A DNA stretch of 64,000 nucleotides from Callorhinchus milii (GCF_018977255.1 NW_024704742.1:46936001-47000000), one strand, 5' to 3'; numbered from the stretch's first letter, positions 12,740-25,930 are shown. The notes: generated by a model from the sequence alone, not told the origin. A program made the numbers and translations.

Positions 12740-13349
12740 AATATGAATTTAGATTGATCACATAATTTGAGGTGGTCTTAATGACGCAGTGCATAAATGT
12801 GCATCTAAATATTAAATAAATATTAAATAAATATTGCTATGTACAATATTGCTCTTTGGAACAAAGGAAACCATGGTTTGGTGGACCATTGTTTCAGCAT
12901 TGTTTTAAATTTGTGCGCAAGACCAAAATTAACTTTTGAATATTGAATAGTTTCCCAAGGGAAGCCCAAGAAAGTTAGGACTTAAGATCTTGGCAAATAT
13001 TCACACAACATGGCAAGCTGCAGTGGAGCATGATTCATTCAAGTTCTGGGAACCTTTCCAAATTTTGGATCAAGTTTTAGCTTGAGGTATTTTGCATCAA
13101 TTTGCAAACAGTATATCAGGGGAGGGAGGATATTCCAGTGTGTGATCACAGAAGTGAGAGAATCCACTACAGCTATTTGGGTGGCAAGACCGCTATTAAG
13201 TAGTTTAATTTATCACCACTTTTCATTCAGACATTGATGAGATGAAATTCTGGTCTGAGGTACGTGTAGAGCCTTTGGCAATACACGATTATACTGGGGA
13301 AACTCCACTGGCAGCCAACTTGACAAAGGACACACATGGTGTTTCAGAT

Positions 13350-13660
13350 GATAAGTGACTCCACTGAGCAACAATTAGACAAACTAGGGCTCTTCAGACT
13401 TGAGAGAAGACGACTCAAAAGGAACCTCATAGAGGTGTATAACATTTTTAATTGGATTGAAAAAGTAAATTCAGATGCACCAGGACAGTAGAACAAGAGG
13501 ACACAGGTTCAGAGCTGCGAACGGCAGTTTCAGGATAGATTTTCTTCATTCAGAGAATAATTAAAGATTGAAACAGATTGCTAGGAAGTGTGGTTTAAAA
13601 CCAAGACACTTAACTCATTTAAAAAGCAGCTTTGATGCTGTGATGGGAGGTTGGGAGGAT
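13350..13660 (+). mobile_element. CR1 3' fragment
   Basis: Translates LDKLGLFRLERRRLKRNLIEVYNIFN, a CR1 ORF2 C-terminal motif. Confidence 0.8.
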
Positions 13661-13664
13661 GGGT

Positions 13665-14135
13665 ATCCCGGAGAAGGCCATGGAAGGCTTTGAAGGAGAG
13701 GACCAGGATCTTGAACTGTATTCTCTGTATGATGGGAAGCCAGTGGAGTCAGGCAAGAATGGGGGTGATAGGGTCGCAGAGCTGGTTCGGGAGAGGACAT
13801 GGGCTGCAGAGTTCTGGATGATCTACAACCGATGGAGGGAGGAGTTAGGGAGGCCGACTTTGCGTAGTCAAGTCTGGAGGTTATGAATGCGTGTTTGAGG
13901 GTCTCGGCGGCCTACTGTGTGAAACAGTGGCAGACGCGGCTGATGTTGTGGCGGTGGGGGAAGGCAGAGCTGGTCATGGCACAAATGTGGGGGTAGAAAG
14001 GATAGCTGAGGATCAAACAAGATGCCAAAGTTCCAGACTGGCTCAGTGAGGCGGAGTGTGCATCCATGGACGGCAGTGCTGTCAGTGCCTGAGGTGTAGA
14101 GGCACTGACGGGAGCCAATCGGGAGGACACAATCC
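13665..14135 (-). mobile_element. L2 ORF2 fragment
   Basis: Reverse complement is colinear with the L2 at 5830-6260 (CAAGATCCTGGTCCTC, ATCCAGAACTCTGCAGCCC). Confidence 0.88.
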
Positions 14136-14227
14136 TGGACACAATAGTCTAATTGTTGTCTAACTAATGATTTATGTAAGTTTAGACTTACCTCTTGCTT
14201 TTACAATCTACCCCTATTTATAAAATA

Positions 14228-14400
14228 TATACAAACACACACACATATTCAGTCACACATGGAAACACACACAAACACGAATACACACAGAGTAAACGCA
14301 CACATACAAAACATATTTATACACCAAACACATGCACTTACATAAACTAAACACAAAACACACTCACAACAGGATCAGAAAATTCATACAACACAGATAA
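14228..14400. repeat. CA-rich low-complexity tract
   Basis: Degenerate (CA)n/(ACAC)n runs. Confidence 0.8.
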
Positions 14401-14469
14401 AATAAATCAAAAATAATTTTAAAAAATGTAAAAACGAATTGGGCTCCACTAATTTTAGTGACTAAAAGT

Positions 14470-15394
14470 TCCTCTCTACCTCTCCAATCTGCTTACTCCC
14501 GAATCCACTACCCGTTACCTCCGCTCGACCGGCTCCGGCCTCCTGTTTGTTCTTCATGCTATCCGTTCCACCATTGATGGCCTCTCTTTCAGCCGCTACA
14601 CCCCCAAATTCTGGAACACTCTTCTTCTAGCCCTCCGCCTTATCCCATCCTTCCCCATCTCAGGTCAAGCCTGAAAACCTTCCTCTTCAAGAGTGCCTAC
14701 AGTGACTTCTTCCAAGCTCAGCGACGTGTGTGGAAGGTGAATTCAGCACATTCTGCAAAGTTAGCAAATTAAGCAGGACATGGTGATAAAGGGCAAAAGG
14801 CCAAGGGGCCCCTGGCCTTAAATATGTGTTGTCATAAAGTTAGTAACGGATGCTCGTGATTGACATTGTCTAAGATAGATAAGCAGCTGTCTGGTATCGG
14901 TACCGCATCCTGAAGTCATGTCTGGAATCAGTTCTGGGGTCAGATAATGTTTAGCAGCATCAGCATTTTGTCATTCTTTAAATATCGCTTTTCCTATATG
15001 TACCTAGTTGTAAAAGACAAAGTGATTGTCTTCTAAAAACAGACACCCGGTCACGAGGCAGACTATGTCGTAATGTAACCAATTTAGAGGGTCCCCTCGT
15101 GATTATTGATTGACGCATAGTTCAATAAGATTTTGTATAAAGGTGAAGTGCTTGCTCCCATTTGGTGTTTAGTGTTGGGAGCAGCACACGAGCAGTTGTT
15201 GCCACGATACTACACCCCACATGTGTGAAAATAAAGCTTGTTAATTGAACCCGCACTGACTCCGTTGTTGTGTTTCAGGTCATCAAGAGCATATCGTAAT
15301 TGGGTTCGACACGTGCTCCACCATTGTCAAATGCTCTAGGAATTTCACCTGCATGAAGGGTACTATATAAATGCAAGTTGTTGTTGTTGTTGTT
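14470..15394 (+). mobile_element. L2 3' fragment interrupted by a solo LTR (pieces ~14470-14728 and 15316-15394)
   Basis: L2 ORF2 end (CTGAAAACCTTCCTCTTC) lies before the LTR. The tail GTACTATATAAATGCAAG(TTG)n lies after it. Confidence 0.85.
14729..15311 (+). mobile_element. Solo LTR (583 bp)
   Basis: TGTGGAA...TTCGACA termini (6/7 inverted match) and 4-bp TSD CGTG at 14725-14728 and 15312-15315. TATAAA at ~15137, AATAAA at ~15230. Confidence 0.88.
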
Positions 15395-15419
15395 AATTGT
15401 TCTGAGCAACACAGATTAC

Positions 15420-15530
15420 GAAGATCCCAGATTCAATTCCATGCTTGCTCTGCAGTAACTGATCTCAGCTCAAGTATGGAGTCCTGGAAATGGCCTCAGT
15501 GTTGCTAGGCTTTGGAGGGGAATTTAAGAA
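15420..15530 (+). mobile_element. Fragment of a third, old SINE-like family
   Basis: B-box-like GATTCAATTCC, then TGATCTCAGC...AATGGCCTCAGTG...GGAGGGGAATT. Similar to 32535-32620 and to minus-strand 48810-49305 and 52790-52990. Confidence 0.6.
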
Positions 15531-16819
15531 AATCTGAAACTATGAATAAAACAATATATTTGTTCATAAATTAAGTAAAAGATGCCAGTCTGCTCATGTG
15601 ATATGTGTTGTGACTCTTAACAAGCAGTTTTGAAATTTGCTAAAGATTTGTCAATACTGCAAAGCTTTGATGAATTGCTTCCATATTGCATGAGCTAATA
15701 TACATTACCCTTGTCACATCCTATTCTCTCTGAAAGGCACTGTATTGTTAACTGCTAATGTTTTCCTTTCCATCTGACATGTTTAGTTTCAGACTTATGC
15801 TATCTGTCAGTGCTAAAGGACAGACTAAGCATATTGCTTAGAGACTCTCACAAGGTGGTCCAAAATGTAATGAAGTGTAACATGAATTTGTGTCTCTTGT
15901 GCCGTGTTGTTAAAACCACTTTTTTTATTTAATGTTCTGGCAGATATGTCCTTCATACAGTATTCTGTCAATCCCTCTTGTCATGATTGCCACTGTTTGC
16001 CCAGGTCAAAGATCAGACATTTGCAGTGTTTTCACAAACCATTTGCTTCCAGTAAAATCTGACATGCATATTACTTTGTAACACATTTACCAAAAGCGAA
16101 CTGGGTGACAAAATCTTCCATATATATGCTTTAGCCTAGTATATTTTTATTTTAAGAACTAATACTGCTTCAATTATTGACAATAAATTGGATGGTGCAT
16201 TGGGTCCATTTGCCATCCTACTGTAGAAATTTAACTGCGTCAAATGTGCTCTAGAGGCTACGATGGTGAACTCCGGATTAAAGGAACTCCGGTTAAATTA
16301 TTTCAAAGTCTCACAGGGATTAAAGGATTAGAAAAAATTGGGTTGATGTTAGACTTATTTTAACAACCACTGAGTACAGTTAAAAGTTTATCAAAAGTGA
16401 TATGTGAAACTCCAGCAGCCAGTAGCAGTTAACTGGAAAGTGTGGGAAAACCTTTTCTCATGAGGGATATAGCCAAAAAATCCCATTTTCAGATGCATGA
16501 ACAAATTCTCCTTGCAAGAAAAGCTCTATAGTTTTATGTGCTAGTAGTATGTGCTACTGTAAATGATTCGAGGGAGAGAAAATGAGTGGAGTACTTCCTG
16601 GCAGTACACCAGTAGAAGCTACTTACAGCTGGTGAGATATTTAATTCATGTCCTACTGGGTTTAATTCACCGTGCAAAAAGTGAAAATGTTCATAGCTAT
16701 GCCAAAGATTAGCGTCATGCCAAAATAACTCCACTGCTATGTGAAACCAATCACGTGAACCAAACCTACACCTGTTTCTTGGCACTTATTGAGTCTGCAG
16801 CTTACCATCTATTCAGACT

Positions 16820-19085
16820 ACAACAATAACAACAACTTGGATTTATATAGCGCCCTCCACACCAGACGGTGTTTCAAAGCGTTTCACAGTAATGGATCCT
16901 GGGGCTGAGCCAGGGGAAGGGGGAGGAAGGTGACCAAAGGCGCGGTCAAAAAGAAAGGTCTTCAGCCGAGACCTGAAAATAGGAAGAGAGGGGACGAGGC
17001 GAAGTGAGAGAGGAAGGGAGTTCCAGAGCCTTGGGGTGTAGTGGCTGAAAGCACGGCTGCCGAGGGCGGAGGGGAGGACTCTGGGGACAAGGAGGAGGCC
17101 AGGCCCGATGGAACGAAGGCAACGGGCACTGTTGTGAGGAGAGAGGAGGTCAGAGAGGTAGGGGCGTGCAGAGGAGTAGAGGGATTGGAAGACAAGAGTG
17201 AGGATCTTGAAGTCGATCCTCTCTGGGATAGGCAGCCAGTGCAGTCTGGCAAGGATGGGGTAATCGGGGAGTGGAGTTTGGTACGGGTAAGAATGCGGGC
17301 GGCAGAGTTTTGTATGACCTGAATTTTATGGATGGTAGTGGAGGGGAAGCCGGTGAGGAGGGCATTTGAATAGTCCAGCTGAGCGGTGACAAAGGCATGG
17401 ACCAGGGTTTCAGCGGCTTTTGGAGTGAGGTATTGGTGGAGACGGGTGATGCGTCGGAGGTGGAAGAAAGTGGTGCTGGTGAGGGACCTGATGTGGGGGA
17501 CGAAGGATAATTAGGGGTCGAACCTGATGCCTAGGTTGCGTATGGGTTGGAGAGTTTTAGGGGGAGGTTGAGTAGGTGGAGGAGGTGAGAACCATGAGAT
17601 TTTAGACATTGACGGGAGCCAAAGATTATGACTTCCATCTTGTCAACATTTAGCTGAAGGAAATTTGCGCTCATTCAGCCCCTGAGGTCTGACAGGCAGT
17701 CTGACAGAACAACAGGGGACTGGGGGTCGCAAAGAGAGGTGGAAAAATAGAGTTGGGTGTTGTCCGCGTACATGTGGAAGTGTACCCCATGTCTGCGAAT
17801 GACATCCCCAAGAAGGAGCAAATAGATCAGAAAGAGGAAGGGGCCAAGCAAGGATCCTTGAGGTACCCCCAGGTAACAGGGTGAGAACGGGAGGGGAAGT
17901 CGTTTGTGCAGATGCACTTCTGGTGGTTCGTAAAATAGGATTCGAACCAGGCGAGTGCAGTCCCACTAAGGTGGATGACGGAGGAAAGGCGGTAGAAGAG
18001 GATGGCGTGATCGACTGTGTCAAACGCGGAGGAGAGATCCAGGAGGACAAGGAGGCAGAGGGAGTCCTGGTCACAGATAGAGAGGATGCGATTTTGACTT
18101 TCACATCTGCAGTCTCTGTACTGTGGGCAGGGCGGAAACCAGACTGGAGGGGTTCGAAGAGGAAGTGAGAGGAGAGGTGTGCGTGAAGTTGATTTGCAAC
18201 AACGCATTCTCGGACTTTTGCGAGGAAGGGCAGGTTAGAAATAGGGCAGTAATGGCTGGGGTTTGAGGGTTCTAGGGAAGGTTTTTTGAGGAGGGGGGTG
18301 ATGACAGCAGTTTTGAGGGAGGCAGGGTCTGATCCGGAGGAGAGGGACTGGTTGATGACATCAGCCAGTAGTGGGCAGAGGAGGGGGAGCTGGGTGACCA
18401 GCAGGTTGGTGGGGAGGGGGTCGAGGCAGCAGGTGGTGGGTTTCATGGAGGTAATGGTGGGTGAGAGATAATAATAATAATAATAATCCTTGCATTTGAT
18501 ATAGCGCTTTTCACGTCGGGAGGACGTCCCAAAGCGCTTCACAGAATATACTGTAAAGTGAGTTGACTGTATATTTTGTGGGCGAACGCGGCAGCCAATT
18601 GCGCACAGCAATGTCCCACAAACAGTCATAGATTGAAAATGACCAATTTAATTATTGTTTTTTTTTTGGAGGGATTATTATTAGGCGTGTGGAGTAAGGA
18701 AACTTGCCCAAGGTTTCGCCCTGCCTGGAATTGAACTCAGGTCACTGGCTTGCAAAGCGAGTGCTCTAACCACTGAGCTACAGGACTCCACCTGAGCTCA
18801 GCTGAGCTGAGCTTCCATAGGAAGGGGAGATGGGGAGGAAGGAATATAGGATGGAGGTCGTGGTAGGAGCTGATGATGGAGAGGGTGAGGCGGACGGAGA
18901 GGGGGTGGTGGTGGGTGACAAGAGGCAAGCGGATGAGGCTGTTTGGCAGATGTTGTGGATTTTGTGTGTGAAGATTGAGGAGACCTGAAAGGGCACATGG
19001 AGGAGGTTGTAGGTGGTGGAAAAAAGGATTTTAGGATTGTTTTTAGCCTCCAAGATGATGTTGGAACAGAAGGCCGTTTTTGCGC
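16820..19085 (-). mobile_element. 5'-truncated L2 LINE (~1.9 kb) with a SINE inserted at 18468-18791
   Basis: Minus frames give [67 protein letters not shown] and MYADN. The (TTG)n-type tail is at 16820. Confidence 0.97.
18468..18791 (-). mobile_element. tRNA-Ala SINE, short (young) form
   Basis: GTGGAGTCCTGTAGCTCAGTGGTTAGAGC head, CTCCACACGCCTAATAATAATCCC deletion junction and (TTA)n tail. Confidence 0.97.
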
Positions 19086-19147
19086 ACGTCAAGACTACCT
19101 CTCAATACTCAAAAGCTAGGCAGCAATGCGATCTGCTTGACTTTAAA

Positions 19148-19615
19148 TCACTGCCTGAAAGGGTGGAATTAGATTCAAAAGGGAATTGGGTAGGTACTTA
19201 AAAAGAAAAAACATGCAGGGTTATGGGATAAGAACGGGAGTGTGGGCATAGTTGGATAGCTCTTTCAAAGATAAGGCACAGGCACGATGAGCCAAATGGT
19301 CTCCTTCTGTCCATGATTCTATGATTCTACTTGGCAAAGACATAATCTTAAATTAGAGCTTGATGAGTTCACAGTAATCCCAAAAAACAGTTCTTCACAC
19401 ACCAGGTTGTGAAAATGTGGAATGCACTACTTTGGGAGACATGAGAGGCTGAATTATTTTTGATTTTTAACAAGAATAGATGGATAATTAAGAAGCAGGG
19501 ATATAAAGGGACATAGAATTCTCAGGGAAATGAAATTAGAACTAAAAGCTGCCAAGAGCTAATAAAATGACCAGATTGAATTTAATGAGTCAAATGGTCC
19601 GCTCTTGTTCTTATG
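19148..19615 (+). mobile_element. Two adjacent CR1 3' fragments (19148-19329 and ~19340-19615)
   Basis: First ends GGCACGATGAGCCAAATGG...ATGATTCTATGATTCTA. Second has TTCTTCACACACCAGGTTGTGAAAATGTGGAATGCACTAC (FFT.RVV..WNAL-like). Confidence 0.8.
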
Positions 19616-19691
19616 AGCAAACAAAAATTGTATTCTCGGGGTCTTAGTTGACCACCAATCAAGGTTAGGGGGCCATAATTGCTGTTTCCTC

Positions 19692-20082
19692 CAGTTTGTG
19701 AGATCAGTTGTTAGCACTCTCACCTCTGATTTAGAATTTGTAGGTTTAAGCCCATGTCAGGTCTTTGAACTCACAATCTAGGATGACATCCCAATGCAGT
19801 GCCGGTGAGAGCTGCATTGGCGGAGGTGCCATTCTTTCAATGAGACATTGAACTGAGGTTTTGTCTGCCTATCAGGTGAACATTAAATATCTCACAGAGA
19901 GGGAATTTCCCTGTGTCCTTGCCAACAATCCTTTAAGTAAAATTATTCCTTCACTTCACAGCGTTTTGTGAGTTATTGTTGTCTATAAATTAGCTGCTGT
20001 GTTTGTCTAACAATATACAGTTTTACAGAAAGTGCTTCAAGATGTGTTAAAATAATAAACTTTATACCAAACCCAAGGATTG
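19692..20082 (+). mobile_element. Old Deu-domain SINE
   Basis: Head TCAGTTGTTAGCACTCTCACCTCTGA, then GCATTGGCGGAGGTGCC..TGAGACATTGAACTGAGG..GTGTCCTTGCCAAC. Confidence 0.85.
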
Positions 20083-20897
20083 CTGTGGTAGGCCAACCAT
20101 ATTTTTTATACAACTGCAATAGCTCTTAAAACATTCTCATAGTATAAATATTTTTTAATAGCCTCACATGAAGAAGAAAACAATAGGTATTGATATGTTC
20201 TCTCTTCTCTTTTCTCTCTGCTTGAAGTTGGAACAGCATCCACTGTAATATGACAAATGAAGAGTTTCTCAAATATGTCAAAATATTTGCTATCACTGAA
20301 AGTATGACTTGCCGGCATTTGAATTTAATTATGGAAATCTGTTTATTAAGCACAAGAATCCCTGTAGTCTCAGCAAGCCTGAGCATAGTGTTGAAGTGCA
20401 GGAGAAAGCAATCCCATTGCATGGACAAATGGCAGCATACTTTGATTTAAATAATCTTCTTACATGTTCTTTAATGTTTTGAGGGCCTTATGATAGGAGC
20501 ATCTTACATGAGAACCAAGATGTGGCTTTCAGTTTTACTCAGATGCTCATGAAGTATTAATACCATCTTACCTTCAAAATATTTAATTCCCTAGGGAGCC
20601 TTAAAATAGAATTAAAGACGTTAAGATTTGCCAAATATATTTTCTGCTCTGAGACGGTTGTTTCTTATGCTATCAAGGATAAGCCACCAAAATCAGTTGT
20701 TGTCATTGTTGGTGGTAGAAATATCTAACAGCAGAGAGCCAGAAGAGCAAGGACATACCTGAGTGAGGATGGAACAGAGTGGAAATTTTGTGCAGGAATT
20801 TGGTGAGAGTGGGAAGAAGGTGCAGAGGGGGAAAGAGGTGCATAACTATAAAATATATTATATTTATATTAAAATAATATAAAACGTGTTTGAAAAT

Positions 20898-21517
20898 ATG
20901 GCAGGGAAGCCAAGACTCTTTGCATACACAATGTGTTCCACGTGGGAACTCCAGGATGCTTTGTGTGCCCTGGACAAACATGTGTGTAGGAAGTGCCTCC
21001 GGCTGCTCGAGCTTGAGTTGAGGGTTTCTGTGCTCAAGGAGAGGCTGGAGTCACTACATAGCATACGGGAGGCTGAAGAGTTCATGGATGAAACATTTCA
21101 GGTGGTGGTCATCCCACAGCCATAGAGGGTTCAGACGGAAAGTGGGTGACCACCCAGCATGGTAGGAAGAGGGGATGGGCAGTGCAGCAATCCTCTAAGA
21201 GTGTGGCACTCACAAACCGGTTCTCTGTATTGAATACCGATGAGTGTGATGACACCTCTGGGGAGTGGAGTCAAAAGCAAATGGATGCACACGGGGACAC
21301 AGGGAAGAGTGCAAGCGAGTATCAAAATAGCAGGATCAAACACATAAATGCATCGCTGGAGAAATGGTCCAGAAAGGAGGGCTTCAGGTTCCTGGAACAT
21401 TGGAATTTTTTCTGGGGCAGGTGGGACCTGTACAAGGTGGATGGGGCCTTGAACAGGGCTGGGACCAATGTCCTCACAGGGAGTTTAACTAGTGCTGTGG
21501 GAAAGGGTTTAAACTAA
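20898..21517 (+). pseudogene. CR1 ORF1 remnant (zinc finger/leucine zipper plus SGNH-esterase C-terminus)
   Basis: MCSTWE...HVCRKCLRLLELELRVSVLKERLESL, then NASLEKWSRKEGFRFLEHWNFFWGRWDLYKVDG..LNRAG. Stop/frameshift present and the central esterase appears deleted. Confidence 0.88.
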
Positions 21518-21671
21518 TTCCGAGGGGGGAATGGAATCAGGATGTAGCATCAGAAAGGAGATCAAGTTACATAGAGGATGGGAGAGACAAATAGCATTGC
21601 AATAAGTAGTCCAATAAAGGAGGGATTAGATGGGGGAGAAATGCAGAACAGACTAAAGTACTAAGAATGAA

Positions 21672-23790
21672 ATGGGGCAAGTAGAGCATGTTTCAGTAGA
21701 AGAGCATCTGGACAATAGTGGTCACAACATCATTATGTTTAGAGTACTTATGGAAAGGGACAAGGAGCAATCAAAGGTGGAAATTCTCAACTGGAAGAGG
21801 ACAAATTTCAATGAGTTAAAAAAGGGACCGAGCCAATGTGGACTGGAAAGAAAGATTGGCAGGTAAAACACCTAACAAGCACGAGGAAGCCTTCAAGGAG
21901 GAGATAGTTTGGGGACAGAACAAATATATTCCCACATAGGGGAAAGGTAGGTAATTATTATTATTATGATAAATGGCAGGTCCAAAATACAGAAATAGTC
22001 AAATAGAATATAGAAAGTACAGGGGAGAACTGAAAAAATAAATAAAAAGGGCAAATAGATTATATGAGAAAAGATTAGCGGGTAACATAAAAGGGAACCC
22101 TGTGATATTTTATAAGCATGTAAAGAATAAAAGGTTAGTCAAAGGTAGGGTGGGGCCAATTAGGGACCAAAGAGGAAATCTTCACGTGAAGGCTGATGTA
22201 TTGAATGAGTACTTTGCGTCTGTCTTCACAAAAGAGGATGCAGCCAATGCCACAGTTGGAGGAGAGGGTAGAGAAATTGGATAGGATAAGAATAAACCGA
22301 GAGGAGGTACTAAAAAGATTGATGATGCTCAAGGTAGATAAGTCACGCGGTCCGGACAGGATGCAACCTAGATTACTGAGGGAAGTAAGGGTGGAAATAG
22401 TGGAGGCTCTGGCTGCAATCTTTCAATCCTCCTTGGACATCGGGGTGGTGCCAGAGGACTGGAGGGTTACAAATGTTACTCTCCTGTACATAAAGCGATA
22501 GAAGGATAAACCCAGGAACTGCAGGCCAGTCAGCCTAACATCAATAGTAGGGAAAATTCAAGAGTCTATAATCCGGGGCAAAATAAATTTTCACCTGGAA
22601 AAATATGAGTTAATAAAGTACATCCAACATGGATTTCTTAAAGGCAAATCCTGTTTAACAAACCTGAAAGAGCTTTTTGATGAAGTAATGTGGAGGGTGA
22701 ATGAAGGTAGAGCAGTTGATGTAGTTTATACGGATTTTCAAAAGGTGTTTGATAACGTGCCACATAAGAGACTTGTAAGCAAAATACAAGCCCACAGTTT
22801 TAAAGGCACAGTGGCAGCGTGGATACAGAACTGTCTGGGAGACAGAAAGCAGAGAGTGGTGGTGAACGGTTGTTTTTCTGACTGGAGGGAAGTGTGCAGT
22901 GTTGTCCCCCGGGGGTCAGTATTGGGACTACTGCTGTTTTTGATCCACATAAATGACCTGGACTTGGATATAGGGAGTACACTTTCCAAGTTTGCAGATG
23001 ATACAAAACTAGGAAAAGTCGTAAACAGTGAGGAGGACAGTAGCAGACTGCAAGAGGACATAGACAGACTGGTAAAATGGGCAGACAGGTGGCAGATGAT
23101 GTTTATTGTGGAGAAATGCAAAGTGATGCATTTTGGGAGGAAGAATGAGGAGAGGCAACATAAGCTGATGGTACAATCTTAAAAGGAGTGAAGGAACAGA
23201 GAGACCTGGGGGTTCATATAAGCAAATCTTTGAAGGTGGCAGGACAGGCAGATAAAGCTGTTAAAAAGCATATGGGATACAAGGCTTTATAAATAGGGGC
23301 ATAGAATACAAAGGTCAGGAAGTTACGATGAAGCTTTATTAAACACCGGTTAGACCTCAGCTCAAGACTGTGTTCAGTTCTGGGTACCACACTTTAGGAA
23401 GGATGTCAAGGCATTGGAGAGGGTGCAAAGGAGATTTACCAGAATGGTACCAAAGATGAGGGGCTTCAGTTATCAGGAGAGGCTAGAGAAGCTGGGATTA
23501 TTCTCCTTGGAGCAGAGGAGGTTAGGAGGAGACTTAATAGAAGTTTTCAAAATTATGAGGGGATTTGATAGGGTGAACAAGGAGAAACTATTTCCACTGG
23601 TGGGTGGGTCGGTAACCCAAGGAAAATAGTTGTTAAAAGAAACAGAGGAGAGGTGAGGAGAATTTTTTTCTCACAGCGAGCTGTTCAGATCTGGAATGCA
23701 TTGCCTGAAAGGGTGGTGAAAGTCGATTCAATAACAATTTTTAAGAGAGAAGTAGATAATTATCTGGAGAGGACAAGTTTGCAGGGTTAT
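21672..23790 (+). pseudogene. CR1 ORF2 remnant (end of endonuclease, RT, C-terminal domain)
   Basis: [66 protein letters not shown]. Multiple frameshifts. Confidence 0.95.
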
Positions 23791-24554
23791 GGGGAGAGAG
23801 AAGGGGAGTGAGATTGATTTTGATAGCTCTTTTCAAAGAGCCGACACAGACACGATGGACTGAATGGCCTCCTTCTGTGCAGTATAATTCTATGATTCTA
23901 TGAACAGCACTAGAAAAAACAGATATAGAAATGATGACTCATTTTCCAGTTATAGGTTGAGAACATGTCACATCATCCACTCGGAGAAGAAAGTACTTAT
24001 AATGGCATCTGACTTTTGGAATCCCACAGTGAATTAATACACCCTTGACTTTGTATTCTGTCTGGAGTAGACAGAGAAATAAATGTAAAATAAATGTAAA
24101 TTCATCTTCTTTGAATTAGATTCAGGAGTCAGAATGAATACTCACAAGAACGGAAGAGCTACTGGATAAAACAGCATAGATTCATCATGTTACAAAACAT
24201 CCTCAGTCAATTTGAATCTATGTGATCATTTGTTCTGAATGTTATAGTATTTCAGGTTACTGTGATGTGTACATGTATTGAAATTGTGACTGATCCACTG
24301 AATCTACTTTTTTGTGTTAAACAGTAATGATATGGCAGCTCGAATGAGGCCATCGCATTATATATCCTGCTAACACACTGCTCAGTCATTGTGTCAGACA
24401 TTGCCGGAGATAAGAGCGCTCAACTCAGATCCTAGGTTTGAGAATTCTTCATAAGTATTCTTCCGCAAATAATCTTTCCAATTATTATTTTGTAGACAAC
24501 CAACACATGTCGTCTTTCATCCAATGGAACATCAGAATCAAGTCAATCCTCTTT

Positions 24555-24800
24555 GGTGGTCTCAGCACTGGGCTCCTGCTAGCCTTGCAAGGCATATCCC
24601 TAAGGGGTAGATCAAGAGCAGGACTCTTACCAGACACAATTCGCAATAGCAAACTGTGCCGTTTTAGCGAGTTAAACTCCAGTAGTTCTCCAATGCACAC
24701 TCTGAGGTTCCCCTTTGCCAACCAACCTGCACCCAGTAGTATTCAGTATTAATAAAGCAGGGTGTGATCCGTCAGGGAGAGACTGCACATTCCATTTCCT
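24555..24800 (-). repeat. Unclassified old interspersed repeat, copy 3
   Basis: Minus strand GAACCTCAGAGTGTGCATTGGAGAACTACTGGAGTTTAAC...TGTGTCTGGTAAGAG matches 1870-1955. Confidence 0.75.
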
Positions 24801-25034
24801 GACACAGAAAAACTTCCATACAAATGTGGGATGCTCAGTCTGATTCGGATACTCTTCAGTGTGGCAATAGGTCTGTGTGTCAGATGCCTGATCAACAAAA
24901 AGTATTTTTTTCAGGATCTATGACCGAGTGGAGAATATTATAAAGAATGCATTCAAATGCTGAGTATTTTCATGATGGTCTTTTGAATTATTCTAGGGCA
25001 CACTGTATTTTCAATGTTCCCAAGTGCACAGATC

Positions 25035-25337
25035 GTGGAGTCCTGTAGCTCAGTGGTTAGAGCACTTGCTTTGCAAGTGAGAGACCTGAGTTCAATTCCA
25101 GGCAGGGCGAAACCTTGGGCAAGTTTCCTTACTCCACACGCCTAATAATAATCCCTCCAAAATAAAAAAAATAATAAATTGGTCATTTTCAATCCATGAC
25201 TGTTTGTGGGACACTCCTTGTGCGCAATTGGCTGCCACGTTCGCGCACAAATATACAGTCAATTCACTTTACAGTCTATTTTATGAAGCGCTTTGGGACG
25301 CCTAGAAGATGTGAAAAGCGCTATATCAAATGCAAGG

Positions 25338-25372
<35 letters not shown>
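25035..25372 (+). mobile_element. tRNA-Ala SINE, short form
   Basis: Full head, short-form junction and long (TTA)n tail. Confidence 0.97.
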
Positions 25373-25667
25373 CACAAAATGACTAAAAACACCATGCACT
25401 GAAGAATCACTTAACTCTTATTTCAACTTACTCATCTACCGATGGTGAGGGATTTTCCGCTCTGTCATACAGGTCAGCTAATTGGTACTAAATTTAGCAC
25501 TCATGAAACATGTATGGAAAATCAGGCATATTATACTTCATGTTCACAAATAAGCATTGTCCTGGCCAAGCCTCTGAGAAACAAATTAAATAGCTTTGGA
25601 ATAAACTATCAAGTGGCAGATTCGAAGGCCCGATTTAACAAAGGGAGAGGTTAAAAGAGGATTGTTA

Positions 25668-25930
25668 GAACAACAACAAATTACATTTTATAGCGCCTTT
25701 CACATTGGGAGGACAGTAACAGATGTAGGGTGGGGCAAAGGGTAGGGTGCTAGGACATGAAATGCCCTGACAAAAAAAACATAATACTCGGTATGATCAT
25801 AATACAACAATTTTTAAAAGGAATCAGTCAAATATGTGAAGAAGGAAAGGAGGGGAGGAGGAGAGCCAGGGTGGAAGGAAAGACAGGAATTCGAACTAAA
25901 AAGATAGCTCTGAAAGTAAGCCCACAATGT
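25668..25930 (-). mobile_element. Old L2 3' fragment
   Basis: (AAC)n followed by ATTTTATAGCGCCTTTCAC is the reverse complement of the L2 tail. Confidence 0.7.

Larger units (their letters stand above)
20720..23903 (+). mobile_element. CR1 LINE spanning 5' UTR to 3' end with internal deletions
   Basis: Putative 5' UTR, ORF1 remnants, ORF2 RT (FADD at 22991-23002) and 3' (ATTCTATG)n repeat. Confidence 0.97.

Noticed and set aside
17643..18629. Longest ORF (328 aa, minus strand)
   Set aside because: Chimeric frame. It starts in a SINE (…KCKDYYYYYY from the TTA tail), reads into L2 ORF2, then shifts out of frame. Not a gene.
25035..25110. Functional tRNA-Ala genes at SINE heads
   Set aside because: Each continues directly into the SINE body and L2-type tail, and T-arm pairing is often broken. 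Treated as SINE promoters.
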